This document shows positions 50,339 through 58,239 of a stretch of DNA of 64,000 bases, piece after piece. The DNA lies in the NCBI GenBank assembly GCA_965215265.1, contig OZ244048.1, positions 1,632,001-1,696,000 of the forward strand, written 5' to 3'. The notes below the pieces were generated by a model. That model did no database searches, was not told the DNA's origin, and saw nothing but the letters and a program-made list of their open reading frames with translations. The stretch comes from Candidatus Poribacteria bacterium (GTDB lineage: Bacteria > Poribacteria > WGA-4E > WGA-3G). Every line of letters begins with the position of its first letter. Positions within the stretch are counted from its first letter, which is position 1. The position numbers were made by a program, and so were the translations under genes.

Positions 50339-51526
50339 ATGAAGCACATCGCGATTCTCGGTAGCACGGGTTCAATTGGGAAGAACGCGCTCAGCGTTAT
50401 TGAAATGCACTCAGAGGAATTTAACGTGGTGGGGCTCGCTGCAAACCGGGACGTTGATACACTTGAACAGCAGATTCGCACCCATCGTCCCAAGTTGGTT
50501 GCTCTGAATCAAGAAACCGCTGCGGTACATTTGCGCCAACGTATCCGCGACCTTAACGGTGTAGAAGTACTCGCCGGCACTGATGGGCTCAGGGCAGTCG
50601 CGACGATGAACGAAGCAGAGCAGGTATTAGAAGGAATAGGCGGAAGCACAGGTTTACTCCCTACATTGGCTGCTATAAACGCTGGAAAAGACATCGCCTT
50701 TGTTAACAAAGAGGTAATGGTAATGGGAGGGAAACTTGTCATAGACGCAGTCCAGACAAACGGAGTTAACTTAATTCCGATAGATGGGGAAATGAGTGCA
50801 ATTTTCCAGTGCTTAGAAGGACAACGGAATCGCCAAACCGACATCCATCGCCTCCTGATTACCGCATCCGGTGGCCCGTTTCGCGAAATGCCCAAAGAAG
50901 CACTCTATAGTGTAACACCACAACAGGCACTTAAACATCCTAATTGGGATATGGGGGCGAAAATTACAATCGACTCTGCGACTATGATGAACAAGGGACT
51001 TGAGGTTATTGAAGCCAAATGGTTGTTTGATGTCCCCCTCTCAAAAATCGATATTGTTATTCACCGGGAGAGTATTATCCATTCTATGGTTGAATGGACA
51101 GACGGCTCAACGCTCGCGCAGCTGGGGCCCACGGATATGCGCGTCATGATTCAATATGCTTTGAGTTATCCGCACAGACTCTCTACGCCTGTTCCGCGTT
51201 TAGAGTTGTGTGAGCTGCAAGCATTACACTTTGAACCGGTGGATAGTGAAAAATTTCCGTGCATTTCACTCGCCTATACTGCGGCGGAAGTCGGGGGGAC
51301 GCTTCCAGTTGTACTCAGCAGCGCGGACGAGGTAGTCGTCGACGCTTTTCTGGAAAATCGTATCGGATTTATGGATATTCCAACTATCCTACGAACCGTT
51401 ATGGATAAACATGTTGTGATTACACATCCAGACCTCGCTGATATCCTTGCTGTTGATGAGTGGGCAAAATCGGCAACACGTTTTTGTATATCTCAGCATC
51501 TTTCGTCTACAGGAGCCCAACAATGA
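50339..51526 (+). CDS. dxr: 1-deoxy-D-xylulose 5-phosphate reductoisomerase
   Basis: LGSTGSIG, TASGGPF, HPNWDMG, DSATMMNKGLE. Confidence 0.95.
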   Translation: MKHIAILGSTGSIGKNALSVIEMHSEEFNVVGLAANRDVDTLEQQIRTHRPKLVALNQETAAVHLRQRIRDLNGVEVLAGTDGLRAVATMNEAEQVLEGIGGSTGLLPTLAAINAGKDIAFVNKEVMVMGGKLVIDAVQTNGVNLIPIDGEMSAIFQCLEGQRNRQTDIHRLLITASGGPFREMPKEALYSVTPQQALKHPNWDMGAKITIDSATMMNKGLEVIEAKWLFDVPLSKIDIVIHRESIIHSMVEWTDGSTLAQLGPTDMRVMIQYALSYPHRLSTPVPRLELCELQALHFEPVDSEKFPCISLAYTAAEVGGTLPVVLSSADEVVVDAFLENRIGFMDIPTILRTVMDKHVVITHPDLADILAVDEWAKSATRFCISQHLSSTGAQQ

Positions 51527-51681
51527 TTGATGTAATGTTTAGTCCTTTTTTCGTCTACAGGAGCCCAATACGGATTCATGTGGCAGGATAGGTATTCTTT
51601 GTCTCATGGCAAGAAAACCGAACCTGCGAACACACAAGTTATCAATACATAAATGTTGATGGTACGGAGATATACAAGAAA
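51479..51681. repeat. Family A/B mosaic at the dxr-rseP junction
   Basis: Encodes the dxr C-terminus; ends GGTACGGAGATATACAAGAAA-ATG. Confidence 0.8.
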
Positions 51682-53490
51682 ATGGAATTTCTACAGTCAT
51701 TTTTTTCAATCCTTCCAAATATTAAAACAGTGCTACTTGCAATTATCCCGCTCGGTTTCCTTATTTTTATACATGAACTCGGCCATTTTTATGCAGCGAA
51801 ACGGGCTGGAATTAAAGTCAACACCTTCTCCCTCGGTTTCGGTCCAAAACTAATCGGGTTTCAGCGCGGGGTAGGTTTTACAACACTCATAGACGGATTA
51901 CGCTTATCCCGTGCGGCTAAAGCTGCCGAGGAGGCAGCAGGATCCGGGGAATCTACGAATCCGGGTGCGGATGTCTCTTCTCTATCTACCACCGACACCG
52001 AGTACCGGCTCTCTTTGTTGCCGTTTGGCGGGTATGTTCAAATGGAAGGTGAAAATCCGAAGGAGCAGACTGGTGCTGTAGGCGAATTTGGGAGTGCTTC
52101 GCTTGGCAACCGGGCTTTTGTTGTTGCTGCGGGCCCCGCCGTGAACTTGCTGTTCGGGGTTTTAGCATTTTGGCTGGTTTTCGCTATTGGCTTGAATCAG
52201 CGTTCGGTTACTTTTATTGAAGGATTAACAGGTAAGCACTTAGAGGGAAAAAAAGAGGGACCTCAATTAGGAGCGGTTGCTCCTGAAGGGCCCGCTGCGC
52301 ACGGCGGATTGGAGCCCGGCGATATCATTCTGTCCGTAAACGACACACAAATTGAAAACTGGGCTGCATTTCACATTAAAATTTACACAAGCCCCGGACG
52401 AGCGTTAGAAATCGAAGTAGAACGCCAAGGCACTCGTCAAACCTTCACTGTCGTACCTAACATTGTACCAAGTGCAAGGGGAGATACCGGCGAACTGCAA
52501 GTCATTTCCAAAAGCGATATAATGGTAACGGATGTTGCCGCAGGGAGTTTAGCAGAACAGGCAGGTATCCAAGTAGGGGATAGAGTTGAGACGATTAACG
52601 GCGAAAAAATTTATAACGTTCCAGAATTTGGTTCGGGAATTTGGGCAGCCGAAGCGATTTGGCTGTCTCAGCACTACCAGTCCCTTTACCGCTCAATTCA
52701 GCAGAATCCTAACGAGTTTCAACTCGGTATTCGCCGAGGCGAGACTGCAAAAGTTTTGAAAATGCCGGTCACTTGGGAACTCACGGCGGTGGTTCAACCC
52801 GATGCGGAAGTTGTTGGCTTGCAAAATGGGGACACGCTTCTCACCCTCAATGGAAATGCCGTGGATAGTGAGACGCTTTCAGCAGGCTTGAAAGCAGCGG
52901 CAAGCAAACCGATTGAATTGCGCATACGGCGAGGCAATTCAGAAAAAACGGTAACGCTATCTCCGAACGTAAAAGCGAGAGCTGAGAGTGCACAAGCAAC
53001 AAGCAGGCTATATGGATTCGGATGGACGACAACGCTCAGCGGAATCTCATTTGGGGAACCGCCGCGGGTCGTGCCAACCTATACTGTATTTACAGCGTTC
53101 GGAAAGGGACTTGAAACGTCATGGCTGACCGTTGCCTCCATCGGAAGAACCCTAAAGCAGCTAATCAATAGAGAAGTTTCGCCGAGGTATCTCACCGGAC
53201 CTATCGGCATAGCCAACGCGACAAGCCGGATGTTTAATTTCGGGTTCACGATTGCTCTGTTTTTTATTGGCTTTATTAGCATCAACCTCGCCATTGTGAA
53301 TTTGTTGCCAATTCCGATCGCCGACGGAGGGCATTTGCTATTTTTTGCGGTTGAGAAAATCCGAGGACGGCCGATAAGCCTCGAAAAACAGGCAATCGTC
53401 CAGCATGTAAGCATTATTCTCTTAATTGCCCTATTCCTGTATATCACTTGGTTTGATGGGCTCTCCTTAATTGATGACATCCGTAACTAA
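51682..53490 (+). CDS. rseP: RIP metalloprotease RseP with multiple PDZ domains
   Basis: HELGH, GGYV, AGPAVN, NLLPIPIADGG. Confidence 0.93.
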   Translation: MEFLQSFFSILPNIKTVLLAIIPLGFLIFIHELGHFYAAKRAGIKVNTFSLGFGPKLIGFQRGVGFTTLIDGLRLSRAAKAAEEAAGSGESTNPGADVSSLSTTDTEYRLSLLPFGGYVQMEGENPKEQTGAVGEFGSASLGNRAFVVAAGPAVNLLFGVLAFWLVFAIGLNQRSVTFIEGLTGKHLEGKKEGPQLGAVAPEGPAAHGGLEPGDIILSVNDTQIENWAAFHIKIYTSPGRALEIEVERQGTRQTFTVVPNIVPSARGDTGELQVISKSDIMVTDVAAGSLAEQAGIQVGDRVETINGEKIYNVPEFGSGIWAAEAIWLSQHYQSLYRSIQQNPNEFQLGIRRGETAKVLKMPVTWELTAVVQPDAEVVGLQNGDTLLTLNGNAVDSETLSAGLKAAASKPIELRIRRGNSEKTVTLSPNVKARAESAQATSRLYGFGWTTTLSGISFGEPPRVVPTYTVFTAFGKGLETSWLTVASIGRTLKQLINREVSPRYLTGPIGIANATSRMFNFGFTIALFFIGFISINLAIVNLLPIPIADGGHLLFFAVEKIRGRPISLEKQAIVQHVSIILLIALFLYITWFDGLSLIDDIRN

Positions 53491-53815
53491 TTTTCGTCTA
53501 CTGCAGCACAACAAAGGCTGCTGCAATGCTAAAATTTGTACAAATCTCGTTTTTTTCGTCTACAGGAGCCCGTTAAAGGCTGCTGTAATGTTAACCTTAG
53601 CACAAATCTCGTCGCCCGCCCACCCAAATCCTTTGATGTTATGATTCAATACATCGAAGGGCTCAGACGAGATTTACACAGTGATTAACACAACATCAGC
53701 CATTTAGGGGCTGCACCATACGAAAGAATTCGTATATCTCCGTACCATCAACGTCTATGTTTTGATAGTTCGTGTGTAAATCTCGTCGGAGCCTCTTGAT
53801 GTTTAGATTCAAAAA
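53490..53815. repeat. Family A array at the rseP-udg junction
   Basis: Two tandem left arms, centre, right arm, then a further left arm containing the candidate udg start. Confidence 0.85.
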
Positions 53816-54488
53816 AGAATACTTACAACTTCTTGCGACTGTGAGGGAATACGTGGAAGAACAACTTGAACTCGGTTTCATGGAGCTACAGGAGCCTAAA
53901 CAGGAATCTCCTTACGCTAACTTCGACCTGATCCAGTTAGATGCAGATGCTCAAAACTGCACCCGATGCGTTTTGCACGAAAGCCGAAACAGCGTCGTTT
54001 TCGGATTTGGAAATCCTAATGCTTCGCTGATGTTTGTCGGAGAAGCACCTGGGGCGGATGAAGACCGGCAAGGCGAACCTTTTGTCGGACGCGCCGGGCA
54101 ACTGCTGACCCGAATTATTGAGGCGATGAAGTTTACACGTGACAATGTTTACATCGCTAACGTGCTAAAATGCCGTCCACCGGGAAACAGAAATCCAGGC
54201 CCGGATGAGATTGAAATGTGTCGTCCATATTTGGAACGGCAGATAGAATTGATTCACCCCAAAGTGATTGTCGCACTCGGGAGTTTTGCAGCGAAGTTGT
54301 TAATTAATACGACTACAGGTATTTCAGCACTTCGCGGACAGTTTCATACGTACTCGAAAGCCGGAAAGCAGGAGAATGCACCACGCATCATGCCTACCTA
54401 TCATCCTGCATATCTGCTCCGGAATCCTAGTGCAAAACGCGACGTGTGGGACGATATGAAAAAGGTCTTAGATTTCTTAGAAAAATGA
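53799..54488 (+). CDS. Uracil-DNA glycosylase family 4 ([4Fe-4S])
   Basis: [29 protein letters not shown]; candidate start ATG lies in the centre of a repeat element. Confidence 0.92.
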   Translation: MFRFKKEYLQLLATVREYVEEQLELGFMELQEPKQESPYANFDLIQLDADAQNCTRCVLHESRNSVVFGFGNPNASLMFVGEAPGADEDRQGEPFVGRAGQLLTRIIEAMKFTRDNVYIANVLKCRPPGNRNPGPDEIEMCRPYLERQIELIHPKVIVALGSFAAKLLINTTTGISALRGQFHTYSKAGKQENAPRIMPTYHPAYLLRNPSAKRDVWDDMKKVLDFLEK

Positions 54489-56965
54489 GTTACGCCAACG
54501 TCGCTTTCCCGCTCGCCATCAATCAGCAGTTTACGTACGCCGTACCGTCGTATCTAGATGCAATAGTGCAACCCGGTGTCCGGGTACTGGCTCCCTTTCG
54601 GCGAAGTATTCAGGAAGGGGTTGTTGTTGAAAGGCTTGATGAAACTGAGCTTGCACCCAACAGAATCAAGCATATTTCCGATTGTCTGGATGAGGTACCG
54701 ATGTTCTCTACTGAGATGCTGACGCTCACAAAATGGATGGCTGACTACTACGTCTCTTCGTGGGGTAATGCACTTTTTTGTGCTGTACCTACCGCTATCC
54801 GCAGTCAGAAACAGCAGCGCGTGAAACTCCAACCGGAGCCTCCGGTGCCGAGGGGAAAAGTGCAAAAGGAAATTGTTGCACTTTTGGAAGCAGAAGGGGA
54901 GCTGTCGCCCAACCAACTCGCGAGGCGTGTCGGTGTCAGCTACTCGGATCTACGCCCCAAAATTTCTGCCCTACGTGAAAACGGGGTTGTGGATATTTAT
55001 GTCACGCACAAACCAAAAGCCACGGCACAAGTCACGACTGTTGCAACATTAGCGCTGCCTGCATCGGAAGTCGAGACAGAGATCGTTGAACTGAAAGATG
55101 CAGAAAACCGCCGGCGTGGTGCCTCCGCCAAACATGCTGAAATTCTGCAAATCTTACTTGACGAGAATGTTCCGTTAGCCACAACAGAACTCACAAAACG
55201 CGTCGGGGCTGGTGTTTCTCTGCTTCGAACGCTTGAAAGACGTGGATTCATCCGGATTACACGCGTCCCCTCGGTGCGGAACCCGCTGAGCTGCCAACCC
55301 GTGGCACCCACACAAGCGTATCCGTTAAATTCCGAACAGGCTGCAGCATTTACCGAAATCCAGAACGCACTCTCAACAAATATTTCTGCCTCTCAAAAGC
55401 CCCCGATTTTGCTGCTTCACGGCGTGACTGGCAGCGGCAAAACCGAGGTGTACATGCAGTCAATGGCACCGATACTGAAAACCGGTAAATCGGTTATCGT
55501 ATTGGTACCAGAAATTTCATTAACACCGCAAACGGCTTCGCGGTTTATCGGGCGTTTCGGCGACCGGGTTGCTGTGTTACACAGCCGATTGAGCAATGGT
55601 GAACGCTATGATGGGTGGCACCGCATTCAAAAAGGCGAAGCGACTATTGTTATCGGACCCCGCTCAGCAGTGTTTGCCCCGGTTAAGGAACTCGGCTTGT
55701 TAGTTATAGATGAAGAGCACTCGGATTCCTATAAATCGGATACTGCACCGAGATACCATGCGCGGGAAGTTGCACAGAAACGGAGTGAGCTTGCAAACTG
55801 CGCGCTGCTGTTGGGTAGTGCCACCCCTTCCATTGAGAGTTTTCATCGTGCAAAGAATGGGACCTACAACTTACTCAGCTTGCCCTCCCGGGTATTAAAT
55901 AGAGCAATGCCGGCCGTTCATATCGTTGATATGCGCGCCGAATTGAAGCAGGGCAATCGCACTATCTTCTCCGATGCACTCCGAAACGGCATCGTAGAAC
56001 GGCTTGTAAAACGGGAGCAAATTATCCTTTTTCTCAATAGACGGGGGCATTCAACTTATGTGTTTTGTCGAACTTGCGGTTATGTAGAGCGGTGCAACAG
56101 TTGCTCTATTTCGTTGACGTTCCACTTTGAAACCAAAAAACTGGTTTGCCATCATTGCGGACATAAACGGAATACACATTCTACATGTCCACAGTGTAGC
56201 AGTCCTGCCATCCGTTATTTTGGACTCGGCACAGAAGCTATAGAACAAGAGGTCAGAAAATCGTTTCCGGGGGCAAACGTCAAGCGCTTTGATGCAGATT
56301 CTACAGCGCGGAAGAACGCACATCAACAGATATTAGAAGCATTTCAGCAGCAGCAGCTTGACATTTTAATTGGTACTCAGATGGTAGCAAAGGGGTTAGA
56401 TTTCCCCAATGTCACACTTGTCGGAGTCATCGCCGCAGATACTGCCTTAAATTTGCCTGATTTCCGGGCAGGTGAGCAGACCTTTAGCCTGCTGACACAA
56501 GTCGCCGGGCGCTCCGGACGGGCGGATATACCAGGGGAGGTTATCTTTCAAACCTATATGCCCGAACACTACTGCATTGCAGCAGCACAAAAGCATGACT
56601 ATCTCGAGTTTTATGAGAAAGAGGTGGAGGCACGCAACGCGCTGCGTTACCCCCCCTTTTCGCAGGTGGCAAGACTGCTGTTGCGTGGCCCGGATGAGCC
56701 AGCGGTTATTGAAGCCGCCCATGCCCTACACACGAAACTCCAACTTTGGCTAACTGACGAAGTTCTCGACATCGATATTCTCGGACCTGCACCTGCTCCG
56801 CTCTCAAAAATTGAAGGGAAATTTCGGTGGCATTTTTTGCTTCGAAGTGAAGCGGACGGAAAAATTAGTCAACTCCTTCACCACATCACGAACGACCCTA
56901 TACCTTCTATTAAATCCAACGCTATTGAACTCATTATAGACATAAATCCAACGCATACTTTGTAG
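54485..56965 (+). CDS. priA: Primosomal protein N' helicase
   Basis: GVTGSGKT, DEEH, Cys-rich Zn motifs, GTQMVAKG; ATGA overlap with udg. Confidence 0.97.
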   Translation: MSYANVAFPLAINQQFTYAVPSYLDAIVQPGVRVLAPFRRSIQEGVVVERLDETELAPNRIKHISDCLDEVPMFSTEMLTLTKWMADYYVSSWGNALFCAVPTAIRSQKQQRVKLQPEPPVPRGKVQKEIVALLEAEGELSPNQLARRVGVSYSDLRPKISALRENGVVDIYVTHKPKATAQVTTVATLALPASEVETEIVELKDAENRRRGASAKHAEILQILLDENVPLATTELTKRVGAGVSLLRTLERRGFIRITRVPSVRNPLSCQPVAPTQAYPLNSEQAAAFTEIQNALSTNISASQKPPILLLHGVTGSGKTEVYMQSMAPILKTGKSVIVLVPEISLTPQTASRFIGRFGDRVAVLHSRLSNGERYDGWHRIQKGEATIVIGPRSAVFAPVKELGLLVIDEEHSDSYKSDTAPRYHAREVAQKRSELANCALLLGSATPSIESFHRAKNGTYNLLSLPSRVLNRAMPAVHIVDMRAELKQGNRTIFSDALRNGIVERLVKREQIILFLNRRGHSTYVFCRTCGYVERCNSCSISLTFHFETKKLVCHHCGHKRNTHSTCPQCSSPAIRYFGLGTEAIEQEVRKSFPGANVKRFDADSTARKNAHQQILEAFQQQQLDILIGTQMVAKGLDFPNVTLVGVIAADTALNLPDFRAGEQTFSLLTQVAGRSGRADIPGEVIFQTYMPEHYCIAAAQKHDYLEFYEKEVEARNALRYPPFSQVARLLLRGPDEPAVIEAAHALHTKLQLWLTDEVLDIDILGPAPAPLSKIEGKFRWHFLLRSEADGKISQLLHHITNDPIPSIKSNAIELIIDINPTHTL

Positions 56966-57022
56966 CATAGAGACTTGTCTCGCACTTTCTTATTGCATAA
57001 AACCTATTGAAAGGAATCATAG

Positions 57023-57976
57023 ATGGGCACCCGGATATTTGACAAACTTAATGACACAACACAACTTGCACGAAGCCCAATTCTCGTTTTCGCTGCCGAC
57101 CCGCTGGCATCCGCTGGTATTAAAGGATTGGGACAGGTTCAACATCCTAAACCGCACTACCGGACGCATGCAGAGTTTTTGCAGCTACAACGTGACCTGG
57201 TTGCAGATGGACAATTGGATGGGCTGCTGATGACACCGGCTGATGCTGAAACGCTGGCCCTTGAAGAAAACCTGTTTGAAGATACACATATCACGCCAAT
57301 TGTTCGGATGAATTCGGAGACAGCTATCTGGAATCCGCGTTTTGGTGTATATACCGCGCGCCCGTCAATGCCCTTTCAAACGGTTTTTCCGGAAGACATG
57401 CAGCGGTATTGTGAAGCACTCATCGGCCCTGCTTTGGAATGCCGGGTTAACCTCGGCCTGTATTCTATTACACTCAACAACGACCCGATTGTTGATGAGC
57501 GGATGCTGCAGGCGTATATCCAATTCGCGCATGTTGTCGGTGAAATTGAGGGGTTTGACCATCTACTAGAGGTTTTTCTACCTAATGTTAAATTGCCGGG
57601 GATGGATGAAGAGAAACGTGGAATGTACGTTGCAGACTCTATCGTGCGAACGATGAGCTACCTACGGAAACATCAACGCCCACGCTTTATCAAAACCGCA
57701 TACACCACTGCTGAAGTATGGTGCGAGTTGTGTGAATTTGATAAAACCTTGGTGATTGGTGCCTTGGGCGGTCCGCGGCAAAACGCACGAAGCACGTTTG
57801 CCCTCGCACATAACGTCATCCAGAACGGCGGGCGCGCCATCTTATTCGGGCGTACCATTTTTGGTGAAGCAGCACCAGTCGGGTTCGTGCAATGCATCCG
57901 TCGCGTGCTTGACGGTGAGGCAGAGCCGCAGGCAGCGCACACCGAATATCAGAAAATGTTGCGGATGGGCCAGTAA
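57023..57976 (+). CDS. Class I aldolase-like TIM-barrel protein
   Basis: FIKTAY candidate Schiff-base Lys, ALGG, GRAILFGRTIF. Confidence 0.55.
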   Translation: MGTRIFDKLNDTTQLARSPILVFAADPLASAGIKGLGQVQHPKPHYRTHAEFLQLQRDLVADGQLDGLLMTPADAETLALEENLFEDTHITPIVRMNSETAIWNPRFGVYTARPSMPFQTVFPEDMQRYCEALIGPALECRVNLGLYSITLNNDPIVDERMLQAYIQFAHVVGEIEGFDHLLEVFLPNVKLPGMDEEKRGMYVADSIVRTMSYLRKHQRPRFIKTAYTTAEVWCELCEFDKTLVIGALGGPRQNARSTFALAHNVIQNGGRAILFGRTIFGEAAPVGFVQCIRRVLDGEAEPQAAHTEYQKMLRMGQ

Positions 57977-58111
57977 CACAGTTTGCCTAAGTCTGCTACT
58001 CCCCACCCGCCCAACTTCCGATGATGGCTGAAGAACCCGTTTTTTTGCCCAAGCGTCTGTCATGTCCCGTGTTGCATGTCTATGTCAGCCCCCGCCCGTA
58101 TCCTAAAATCT

Positions 58112-58152
58112 GTTGGCAGGTTTGGCAGCCGGACCCTGCCAAACCTGCCAAC
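58112..58152. terminator. Perfect 17-bp inverted repeat between convergent genes
   Basis: GTTGGCAGGTTTGGCAG-7 nt-CTGCCAAACCTGCCAAC. Confidence 0.6.
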
Positions 58153-58196
58153 CAATTCTAACGCTTTTTTTAACTAATAGTAAAAAAATCGTAGAG

Positions 58197-58239
58197 GTCC
58201 GAGCTGCATGCAGCTCGGACGGGGTAAAGGGGTAAAGAT
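58197..58239 (-). other. Post-stop motif + perfect 24-bp palindrome (putative DGR IMH/hairpin)
   Basis: TAA-ATCTTTACCCCTTTACCCC then GTCCGAGCTGCATGCAGCTCGGAC. Confidence 0.7.
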
